Of a stretch of 64,000 bases of DNA, positions 38,736 to 49,789 are shown piece after piece. The notes beneath the pieces were generated by a model. It saw only the letters and a program-made list of their open reading frames with translations. It ran no database searches and was not told the DNA's origin. Position 1 is the stretch's first letter, and each line of letters starts with the position of its first letter. The DNA lies in NCBI RefSeq assembly GCF_902713615.1, contig NC_052161.1:86778236-86842235 (forward strand). The letters are read 5' to 3'. The translations under genes were made by a program, and so were the position numbers. This stretch comes from Scyliorhinus canicula. Lineage: Eukaryota.

Positions 38736-40372
38736 ATGTTCACAGATGGAAGTGCTTCTATCGGTGAAAGGGGGGAGCGGTTATCAGGATATGCTATAGT
38801 CAACCAGGGTGGGGAGACAGTAGAATCAGCAGCATTTGAAACTCCATTCTCGGCCCAGCAAGTAGAATTGTTCGCACTAATATGCGCATGCGCACTAGGA
38901 GCAGGCAAAAAAGTAAATATTTATACAGACTCCAGATATGCCTTTGGAGTCGTACATGATTTTGGACAATTATGGAAGAACAGAGGATTTTTAACATCCG
39001 CTGGCACCCCAATTTCCCATCAGCAGCTAGTAACCCAGTTACTCCAAGCTCTTATGCTCCTAGAAAAGGTAGCAGTGATAAAGTGTACTGCCCATACGAA
39101 AGGAAAAACTCCAGTAGATGAAGGAAATAGGCAGGCCAACGACCAAGCAAAAGAAGCCTCAAAGTCAAAAGCCATGGTAGTGCCCAAAATGATGAGCCAG
39201 ACTAAAAACTCAAAGAACAAGTCTCCCTCTGAAAAACCTATGCCGACCATTACTGACATAATCCAGCTACAGGAGGACGCTCCTGCTAGCGATAAAAAGT
39301 TATGGGAAGAATTGGGATGTACATATGATAAAGAAAGTAAGCTGTGGGTCACCCCAGCAGGGCAGACATGTATGCCCGATGCTTTGGCAGCCTGGGTGGC
39401 CAAATGTGTACACTTTGCAACTCACTGTGGTGCTTGCGAGACAGGTGATATATTGTTAAAAACCTGGTGGCATCCTAGGTTGCAGGAGATAGCCCAACGA
39501 ATGAGCAGTCGCTGCTTGATATGTCAGCAGTATAACCCTGGGAAGGCTGTCCCCTGCGAGCAGGGGAGAACACCATTGCCCGAGGGTCCCTTTGAGACCC
39601 TGCACTACATTAAGTTGGAAAGATGCCAGTGTTATAAGCATGTATTAGTAATTGTTGATGTGTTTAGTAAATGGATAGAGGCCTATCCTACTGTAGATAA
39701 TAAGGCTTCAACTGTAGTAAAAGTTCTTATGCGTGAAATTGTACCAAGATTTGGAATTCCCTATCGTTGAAGCTCTGATAATGGACCTCACTTTGTGGGA
39801 CAGATCAATAAAGAATTCTGCACTCAACTGGGAATTAAACAGCAGTTACACTGCGCCTACAGACCCCAGGCAGCTGGGATAGTGGAAAGAGCTAACCAGA
39901 CTCTGAAAACCAAACTTGCTAAGCTACAAGCAGAGACCGGAGCCACTTGGCTCAAACTTTTACCTGTTGCACTTTTCCAGATCAGAACCACCCCTGCGGG
40001 AAAGACTCGATTGAGCCCCGCTGAAATCTTGTACGGAAGACCCCTTCGCACCCCCTGGGACTGTCATACATCCCGAGACATTCAGTTCCACCACATGACT
40101 ACAGAAATGGCTAATTACATAATAGCCTTGGCTAAAGTATTAAAGAGTCTCCACTTACAAGTACGTGCCGCACAAGAGGAAGTGCCACCCTTAGCTAGCT
40201 CCGATATTGTGCAACCGGGAGATCATGTGAAGATCCGCAATTGGATGTGGAAGGGGTTGGAACCACGTTGGGAAGGACCGTTCCAAGTTCTCCTAACCAC
40301 CCCCACGGCAGTCAAAGTTGAAGGACGAAATGCGTGGATTCACACCCACCACTGTAAGCTAGTGAAGTTTTC
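38736..40372 (+). pseudogene. pol: ERV pol remnant: RNase H and integrase
   Basis: FTDGS, YTDSRYAFG, HHCC zinc finger, SDNG..E, WEGPF. Stop at 39768-39770. The first catalytic Asp region appears deleted (TLHYIKL). No RT or protease upstream. Confidence 0.9.
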
Positions 40373-40442
40373 GTGGTTATTAACTCTTGTTTTAAGTTTT
40401 AGGTACATACGACCTTACTCGGAATAGGAGCAGGACCCCACA

Positions 40443-41441
40443 ATGAAGCTGCTCTTTTTACTAGTGATCCTCGCCAGCGCCATCCAGTTTACATTTACTA
40501 GCGACCGGCAATGTAGACCCGGCGGACGAATTCTGCACCTTTGTCGTGAGGACACCTTTAGCTGTGCCAACAGCACCACAGATGAGACCTTGCGGACGGC
40601 GACCCCGGTAGATACCTGCACCACCATCATTCATCAAGACGAGCAGAAGCCTCGGTTCCTGACTACCCGCGGATCCCTGACCTGCGATCGCTACGCTTGC
40701 CGGTGGGACTACCAGTGTACGAGGAAAGGCAAGCCACGAGTTCCTGAATGTAAGACTATCCATACTCACCCGCCTACCAGGAGGAAGCGGGCAATGCACC
40801 ATGTGACTGCAAATTCATTCCTGTTTATGTCTTATACTTATGCAAAGAAATTAAATGTCTCCTCTTGTTGGGAATGTACGCATGTTCCCAGCCATGCCCA
40901 TGGGGGTATTCCCTTGGTCCCTCTTTCCTATTTGATCGAGGAGGTTGCAGAATGGGCTCTGCGACATAATCGCACCGATCCTGATAATAATACCGCGGAA
41001 GGACTCAGTGAGCTCAACGTAGAGTTAGTAGCTGTTCGGACGGTCGCCTTACAGAACCGCATGGCTCTAGACTACCTCCTCGCCAGCGAGGGAGGTACGG
41101 GTGCTGTAGTGGGTTCGGATTGCTGTACTTATATCCCTGATAGCTCAGAGAACATTACTCACCTAGTGGACCACATTAGGGATGGGGTAAAGAGACTCCG
41201 CCAGTCCTCCTCAGACGACTGGTGGGGATGGCTGTGGTCTAGTTCCTGGACCACCTATCTGTTTCATGGATTTATTATCTTTATCGTTATTTGCCTTTTG
41301 CTATGTATCAACGTAACCTGTGTTAAATGCTTTTGTAATCGTTTAGGTGCCTCTGTGATGCCACAGATGCTGCAGCGGCTTCCCCAGTTAGACAAGCAGA
41401 ACTTAGTAGATGCCGGAAATGGTATTAGGACATTGGACTAA
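40443..41441 (+). CDS. env: ERV envelope ORF, 332 aa, open but internally deleted
   Basis: Signal peptide, RRKR, CWEC, immunosuppressive domain LQNRMALDYLLASEGG, the CX6CC position (first Cys reads Gly), TM helix and cytoplasmic tail. Confidence 0.85.
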   Translation: MKLLFLLVILASAIQFTFTSDRQCRPGGRILHLCREDTFSCANSTTDETLRTATPVDTCTTIIHQDEQKPRFLTTRGSLTCDRYACRWDYQCTRKGKPRVPECKTIHTHPPTRRKRAMHHVTANSFLFMSYTYAKKLNVSSCWECTHVPSHAHGGIPLVPLSYLIEEVAEWALRHNRTDPDNNTAEGLSELNVELVAVRTVALQNRMALDYLLASEGGTGAVVGSDCCTYIPDSSENITHLVDHIRDGVKRLRQSSSDDWWGWLWSSSWTTYLFHGFIIFIVICLLLCINVTCVKCFCNRLGASVMPQMLQRLPQLDKQNLVDAGNGIRTLD

Positions 41442-41635
41442 AGGATGATTTCCCGGAGGAATTCCTCAGACTCTCAAGGATATGGGTGGCTGTGTGATCA
41501 TGGAATGATCAAAGGGGGGAATGAGAATGTGAAGCAAGGGTTAATAGCTAGAACAAGCCAGAATGAATGGGACACATTAGTGGAAAATTACAAATAAGGG
41601 AGTTGTTATTAAATTCGTGAGCCGACTCACGAAGG

Positions 41636-44600
41636 GTCTCTCTCCTGAAGGGTCACAGTTAATCTCTCTCTCCTGAAGAGACACAGTTAATCTCTCTCTC
41701 TCCTGAAGGGTAACAGTTAATCTCTCTCTCCTGAAGGGTCACAGTTAATCTCTCTCTCTCTCCTGAAGAGACACAGTTAATCTCTCTCTCCTGAAGAGAC
41801 ACAGTTAATCTCTCTCTCTCCTGAAGGGACACAGTTAATCTCTCTCTCCTGAAGAGACACGGTTAATCTCTCTCTCCTGAAGGGACACAGTTAATCTCTC
41901 TCTCTCCTGAAGAGAAACAGTTAATCTCTCTCTCCTGAAGGGTCACAGTTAATCTCTCTCTCCTGAAGAGACACAGTTAATCTCTCTCTCCTGAAGAGAC
42001 ACAGTTAATCTCTCTCTCCTGAAGAGACACAGTTAATCTCTCTCTCCTGAAGAGACACAGTTAATCTCTCTCTCTCCTGAAGAGACACAGTTAATCTCCC
42101 TCTCTCCTGAAGGGACACAGTTAAACTCTCTCTCCTGAAGAGACACAGTTAATCTCTCTCTCTCTTGAAGAGACACAGTTAATCTCTCTCTCCTGAAGGG
42201 ACACAGTTAATCTCTCTCTTCTGAAGGGACACAGTTAATCTCTCTCTCCTGAAGAGACACAGTTAATCTCTCTCTCCTGAAGGGACACAGTTAATCTCTC
42301 TCTCTCCTGAAGAGACACAGTTAATCTCTCTCTCCTGAAGGGACACAGTTAAACTCTCTCTCCTGAAGAGACACAGTTAATCTCCCTCTCTCCTGAAGGG
42401 ACACAGTTAAACTCTCTCTCCTGAAGAGACACAGTTAATCTCCCTCTCTCCTGAAGAGACACAGTTAATCTCTCTCTCCTGAAGAGACACAGTTAATCTC
42501 TCTCTCTCCTGAAGAGACACAGTTAATCTCTCTCTCCTGAAGAGACACAGTTAATCTCTCTCTCCTGAAGGGACACAGTTAATCTCTCTCTCTCCTGAAG
42601 GGACACAGTTAATCTCCCTCTCTCCTGAAGAGACACAGTTAATCTCTCTCTTCTGAAGAGACACAGTTAATCTCTCTCTCTCTTGAAGAGACACAGTTAA
42701 TCTCTCTCTTCTGAAGAGAAGCAGTAAAACTCTCTCTCCTGAAGAGACACAGTTAATCTCTCTCTCCTGAAGAGACACATTTAACCTCACTCTCTCCTGA
42801 TGGGGCACAGTTAATCTCTCTCTCCTGAAGGGACACAGATAATCTCTCGCTCCTGAAGGTACACAGTTAATCTCTCTCTCTCTTGAAGAGACACAGTTAA
42901 TCTCTCTCTCTTGAAGGGACACAGATAATCTCTCTCTCCTGAAGAGACACAGTTAATCTCTCTCTCCTGAAGGTACACAGTTAATCTCTCTCTCTTGAAG
43001 AGACACAGTTAATCTCTCTCTCCCCTGAAGAGAAACAGTTAATCTCTCTCTCCTGAAGGGACACAGTTAATCTCTCTCTCTCCTGAAGAGACACAGTTAA
43101 TCTCTCTCCCTCCTGAAGGGATACAGTTAATCTCCCTCTCTCCTGAAGGGACACATTTAATCTCTCTCTCCTGAAGGGACAGAGTTAATCTCTCTCTCCT
43201 GAAGAGACACAGTTAATCTCTCTCTCTCTTGATGGGAGACAGTTAATCTCTCTCTCCCCTGAAGAGACACAGTTAATCCCTCTCTCTCCTGAAGGGACAC
43301 AGTTAATCTCTCTCTCTCCTGAAGAGACACAGTTAATCTCTCTCCTGAAGATACACAGTTAATCTCTCTCTCTTGAAGGGACACAGTTAATCTCTCTCTC
43401 CTGAAGAGACACTGTTAATATCTCTCTCCTGAATGGACACAGTTAATCTCTCTCTCTCCTGAAGGGACTCAGTTAATATCTCTCTCCCCTCAAGAGACAC
43501 AGTTAATCTCTCTCTCCTGAAGGGACACAGTTAATCTCTCTCTCCCCTGAAGAGAAACAGTTAATCTCTCTCTCCTGAAGGGACACAGTTAATCTCTCTC
43601 TCTCCTGAAGAGACACAGTTAATCTCTCTCTCTCCTGAAGGGACACAGTTAACCTCCCTCTCTCCTGAAGGGACACAGTTAATCTCTCTCTCCTGAAGAG
43701 ACACAGTTAATCTCTCTCTCTCTTGAAGAGACACAGTTAATCTCTCTCTCCTGAAGAGACACAGTTAATCTCTCTCTCTCCTAAAGGTACACAGTTAATC
43801 TCTCTCTCCTGAAGAGACACAGTTAATCTCTCTCTCCTGAAGGGGCACAGTTAATCTCTCTCTCCTGAAGAGACACAGTTAATCTCTCTCTCCTGAAGAG
43901 ACGCAATTAATCTCTCTCTCCTGAAGAGACACAGTTAATCTCTCTCTCCTGAAGGGACACAGTTAATCTCTCTCTCCTGAAGAGACACAGTTAATCTCTC
44001 TCTCCTGAAGGGACAGAGTTAATCTCTCTCTCCTGAAGAGACACAGTTAATCTCTCTCTCTCCTGAAGAGACACAGTTAATCTCTCTCACCTGAAGGGAC
44101 ACAGTTAATCTCTCTCTGCTGAAGAGACACAGTTAATCTCTCTCTCTCCTGAAGAGACACAGTTAATCTCTCTCTCTCCTGAAGAGACACAGTTAATCTC
44201 TCTCTCTCTTGAAGAGACACAGTTAATCTCTCTCTCCTGAAGAGACACAGTTAATCTCTCTCTCCTGAAGGGACACAGTTAATCTCTCTCTCTCCTGAAG
44301 AGACACAGTTAATCTCTCTCTCTCCTGAAGGGACACATTTAATCTCTCTCTCCTGAAGGGGCACAGTTAATCTCTCTCTCCTGAAGAGACACAGTTAATC
44401 TCTCTCTCCTGAAGAGACGCAATTAATCTCTCTCTCCTGAAGAGACACAGTTAATCTCTTTCTCCTGAAGGGACACAGTTAATCTCTCTCTCCTGAAGGG
44501 ACACAGTTAATCTCTCTCTCCTGAAGAGACACAGTTAATCTCTCTCTCCTGAAGGGACACAGTTAATCTCTCTCTCCTGAAGAGACACAGTTAATCTCTC

Positions 44601-47046
44601 TCTCTCCTGAAGAGACACAGTTAATCTCTCTCTCCTGAAGGGACACAGTTAATCTCTCTCTCCTGAAGGGACACAGTTAATCTCTCTCTCCTGAAGAGAC
44701 ACAGTTAATCCCTCTCTCTCCTGAAGGGACACAGTTAATCTCTCTCTCCCCTGAAGGGACACAGTTAATCTCTCTCTCTCCTGAAGAGACACAGTTAATC
44801 TCTCTCTCTCCTGAAGGGACACAGTTAATCCCTCTCTCTCCTGAAGGGACACAGTTAATCTCTCTCTCTCCTGAAGAGACGCAATTAATCTCTCTCTCCT
44901 GAAGAGACACAGTTAATCTCTCTCTCCTGAAGGGACACAGTTAATCTCTCTCTCCTGAAGAGACACAGTTAATCTCTCTCTCCTGAAGAGACACAGTTAA
45001 TCTCTCTCTCCTGAAGAGACACAGTTAATCTCTCTCTCCCCTGAAGAGACACGGTTAATCTCTCTCTCTCCTGAAGAGACACAGTTAATCTCTCTCTCTC
45101 CTGAAGAGACACAGTTAATCTCTCTCTCTCCTGAAGAGACACAGTTAATCTCTCTCTCCTGAAGAGACACAGTTAATCTCTCTCTCCCCTGAAGAGACAC
45201 GGTTAATCTCTCTCTCTCCTGAAGAGACACAGTTAATCTCTCTCTCCTGAAGAGACACAGTTAATCTCTCTCTCCTGAAGAGACACAGTTAATCTCTCTC
45301 TCCCCTGAAGAGACACAGTTAATCTCTCTCTCCCCTGAAGAGACACGGTTAATCTCTCTCTCCCCTGAAGAGAAACAGTTAATCTCTCTCTCTCTCCTGA
45401 AGGTACACAGTTAATCTCCTCTCCTGAAGAGAAACAGTTAATCTCTCTCTCTCTCCTGAAGGTACACAGTTAATCTCTCTCTCTCCTGAAGAGACACAGT
45501 TAATCTCTCTCCTGAAGAGACACAGTTAATCTCTCTCTCCTGAAGGGACACAGTTAATCTCTCTCTCCCCTGAAGAGAAACAGTTAATCTCTCTCTCCTG
45601 AAGGGACACAGTTAATCTCTCTCTCCCCTGAAGAGAAACAGTTAATCTCTCTCTCCTGAAGGGACACAGTTAATCTCTCTCTCCCCTGAAGAGAAACAGT
45701 TAATCTCTCTCTCCTGAAGGGACACAGTTAATCTCTCTCTCTTGAAGAGACACAGTTAATCTCTCTCTCCTGAAGAGACACAGTTAATCTCTCTCTCTTG
45801 AAGAGACACAGTTAATCTCTCTCTCCTGAAGAGACACAGTTAATCTCTCTCTCTTGAAGAGACACAGTTAATCTCTCTCTCCTGATTGGACACAGTTAAT
45901 CTCTCTCTCCCCTGAAGAGAAACAGTTAATCTCTCTCTCCTGAAGAGACACAGTTAATCTCTCTCTCCCCTGAAGAGACACAGTTAATCTCTCTCTCTCC
46001 TGAAGAGACACAGTTAATCTCTCTCTCCCCTGAAGAGACACAGTTAGTCTCTCTCTCCTGAAGAGACACAGTTAATCTCTCTCTCTCCTGAAGGGACACA
46101 GATAATCTCTCTCTCCTGAAGGGACACAGATAATCTCTCTCTCCTGAAGGGACACAGATAATCTCTCTCTCCTGAAGGGACACAGATAATCTCTCTCTCC
46201 CCTGAAGGTACACAGTTAGTCTCTCTCTCCTGAAGAGACACAGTTAATCTCTCTCTCCCCTGAAGAGACACAGTTAATCTCTCTCTCTCTCCTGATGGGA
46301 CACAGTTAATCTCTCTCTCTCCTGAAGGGGCAGAGTTAATCTCTCTCTCTCCTGAAGAGACACAGTTAATCTCTCTCTCTCCTGAAGAGACACAGTTAAT
46401 CTCTCTCTCCTGAAGAGACACAGTTAATCTCTCTCTCCCCTGAAGAGACACGGTTAATCTCTCTCTCTCCTGAAGAGACACAGTTAATCTCTCTCTCCTG
46501 AAGAGACACAGTTAATCTCTCTCTCCTGAAGAGACACAGTTAATCTCTCTCTCCTGAAGAGACACAGTTAATCTCTCTCTCCCCTGAAGAGACACGGTTA
46601 ATCTCTCTCTCTCCTGAAGAGACACAGTTAATCTCTCTCTCCTGAAGAGACACAGTTAATCTCTCTCTCCTGAAGAGACACAGTTAATCTCTCTCTCCCC
46701 TGAAGAGACACAGTTAATCTCTCTCTCCCCTGAAGAGACACGGTTAATCTCTCTCTCCCCTGAAGAGAAACAGTTAATCTCTCTCTCTCTCCTGAAGGTA
46801 CACAGTTAATCTCCTCTCCTGAAGAGAAACAGTTAATCTCTCTCTCTCTCCTGAAGGTACACAGTTAATCTCTCTCTCTCCTGAAGATACACAGTTAATC
46901 TCTCTCCTGAAGAGACACAGTTAATCTCTCTCTCCTGAAGGGACACAGTTAATCTCTCTCCTGAAGAGACACAGTTAATCTCTCTCTCCTGAAGAGACAC
47001 AGTTAATCTCTCTCTCTCTCCTGATGGGACACAGTTAATCTCTCTC
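41636..47046 (+). repeat. Same satellite, main array running into the gap
   Basis: More than 5.4 kb continuous. Confidence 0.97.
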
Positions 47047-47146
47047 NNNNNNNNNNNNNNNNNNNNNNNNNNNNNNNNNNNNNNNNNNNNNNNNNNNNNN
47101 NNNNNNNNNNNNNNNNNNNNNNNNNNNNNNNNNNNNNNNNNNNNNN
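47047..47146. other. Assembly gap (100 N)
   Basis: Run of N between two tandem arrays. Confidence 1.
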
Positions 47147-49625
47147 ACCACACCGGCAGCAGGGAATACCACCACCACACCGGCTGCAGGGAATATCACC
47201 ACCACACCGGCTGCAGGGAATATCACCACCACACCGGCAGCAGGGAATACCACTTCACCACACCGGCAGCGGGGAATACTGTAGAAGTGGATTTCATTTG
47301 GAACTTCGCTGATAGGGTTAATATAACAGTCTGAAAAGCTCTGTGAAAGAGATGTCAACAGGTCAAGGGATGAAATAAAGGGAGTGTGTCTGACCCGTAT
47401 CTGTAAAAGCAGAGAGGTCAAAAAGGCAAAGAATGGAATGAATGGGAAACCGTTACTTTATTGCAGAGATAAACATAATTAAGCTCGTTTGACCAGTTGG
47501 AACAATTAAACATTGAAATGTAAGGGGGACTGTCTTTGGAGTGAGTTGAGCCATATGGCCATGGGATACAAAAACCTTTGTATTAATATTGATAGTGACT
47601 TGTGCTAATGATTATGTCAAAAATAACCTCCCGACCTCGAAGAATAATTCCATATATGTACATGTTCTGGATCCTTGCCAAATCATAGGTGTATCTAGGA
47701 ATTTAAAGTGACCACCCCTAAGCTGTGATTGTATAAAGATACCGTCCATATTTTGGACTTTGGCACTTCTCGAAGGTGGTTACCCGACTGCTTAGAGATT
47801 TGTCCCGGCCGTAAATAAACGAATATTCGTTACTGACGTGTTCGAGTGTTTTACTTCTGGACTGACGATTAGATACGTGAAAGCGCAATTCACAATACCA
47901 CTTCACCACACCGGCAGCAGAGAATATCACTTCACCACACCGGCAGCAGGGAATACCACTTCACCACACCGGCAGCGGGAAATACCACTTCACCGCACTG
48001 GCAGCAGGGAATACCACTTCACCACACCGGCAGAAGGGAATACCACTTCACCGCACCGGCAGCAGGGAATACCACCACCACACCGGCAGCAGGGAATACC
48101 ACTTCACCGCACTGGCAGCAGGGAATACCACCACCATACCGGCAGAAGGGAAAACCACTTCACCACACCGGCAGCAGGGAATACCACTTCACCACACCGG
48201 CAGCAGGGAATACCACCACCACACCGGCAGCAGGGAATACCACCACCATACCGGCAGCGGGGAATACCACTTCACCACACCGGCAGCAGGGAATACCACC
48301 ACCACACCGGCAGCAGGGAATACCACCACCACACCGGCAGAAGGGAATACCACTTCACCACACCGGCAGCAGGGAATACCACCACCACACCAGTAGCAGG
48401 GAATACCACATCGCCACACCGGCAGAAGGGAATACTACTTCACCACACCGGCAGCAGGGAATACCACTTCACCGCACTGGCAGTAGGGAATATCACTTCA
48501 CCACACCGGCAGCAGGGAATACAACTTCACCACACCGGCAGCAGGGAATACCACCACCACACCGGCAGCGGGGAATACCACTTCACCACACCGGCAGCAG
48601 GGAATACCACCACCACACCGGCAGCGGGGAATACCACTTCACCACACCGGCAGAAGGGGATACCACTTCGCCACACCGGCAGCGGGGAATACCACTTCAC
48701 CACACCGGCAGAAGGGGATACCACTTCGCCACACCGGCAGAAGGGAATACCACTTCACCACACCGGCAGAAGGGAATACCACTTCGCCACACCGGCAGAA
48801 GGGAATACCACCACCACACCGGCAGCAGGGATTACCACTTCACCACACCGGCAGAAGGGAATACCACTTCACCACACCGGCAGCAGGGAATACCACTTCA
48901 CCACACCGGCAGCAGGGAATACCACTTCACCACACCGGCAGCAGGGAATACCACTTCACCACACCGGCAGCAGGGAATACCACTTCACCACACCGGCAGC
49001 AGGAAATACCACCACCACACCGGCAGCGTGGAATACCACTTCACCACACCGGCAGAAGGGGATACCACTTCGCCACACCGGCAGAAGGGAATACCACTTC
49101 GCCACACCGGCAGAAGGGAATACCACCACCACACCGGCAGCAGGGATTACCACTTCACCACACCGGCAGCAGGGAATACCACCACCACACCGGCAGCAGG
49201 GAATACCACTTCACCGCACCGGCAGCCGGGAATACCACTTCACCACACCGGCAGAAGGGAATACCACTTCACCACACCGGCAGCAGGGAATACCACTTCA
49301 CCGCACCGGCAGCCGGGAATACCACTTCACCACACCGGCAGCAGGGAATACCACCACCACACCAGCAGCAGGGAATACCACTTCACCACACCGGCAGCAG
49401 GGAATACCACCACCACACCGGCAGCAGGGAATACCACCACCACACCGGTAGCGGGGAATACCACTTCACCACACCGGCAGCAGGGAATACCACCACCACA
49501 GCGGCAGCAGGGAATACCACTTCACCACACCGGCAGCAGGGAATACCACTTCACCACACCGGCAGAAGGGAATACCACTTCACCACGCCGGCAGAAGGGA
49601 ATACCACTTCACCACACCGGCAGAA
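47147..49625 (+). repeat. 27-29-bp minisatellite (ccacaccggcagcagggaataccacttca)n, about 60 or more units, split by a solo LTR
   Basis: Seen directly at 47147-47279 and 47895-49625. Confidence 0.96.
47280..47894 (+). mobile_element. Solo LTR inserted in the minisatellite
   Basis: TGTAG..TTCACA ends, 4-bp TSD ATAC (47276-47279 and 47895-47898), gtataaa near 47731, aataaa near 47814. Confidence 0.82.
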
Positions 49626-49789
49626 GCAGACAAATTTATGCACAAGCACGAGCTGGGACGGCAATGACACCGGGGGTGAACTCTCGTCCCATTGGTTAAA
49701 AAAGAAGAGGCTAATTGCGCGGGACAGATCTGTCTGCTCTTCGATCTGACAATGAGTCTCAGGAAGGAGGGGACGAGAACGGTAAGAAA

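Larger units (their letters stand above)
30584..41630 (+). mobile_element. Endogenous retrovirus, class I (gamma/epsilon-like), defective
   Basis: 5' LTR 30584-31102 (TG..CA), PBS TGGTGGCAGCGGTGGGAT (tRNA-Leu) at 31106, RNase H-integrase, env, polypurine tract aaagggggga, and a 3' LTR from 41522 truncated after about 110 bp. Confidence 0.92.

Noticed and set aside
41636-47046. Many SLQERERLTV / REINCVSSG ORFs
   Set aside because: Translations of the satellite.
47280-47930. Ig-like WYCELRF, a strong minus-strand acceptor at 47401 and an AATAAA, suggesting further receptor exons
   Set aside because: The interval has TG..CA ends and an ATAC TSD, so it is a solo LTR. WYC is created by the repeat-LTR junction.
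47838-49451. 537-aa Thr/Pro/His-rich mucin-like ORF
   Set aside because: It is a translation of the 27-29-bp minisatellite that drifts between frames, and its start lies inside a solo LTR.
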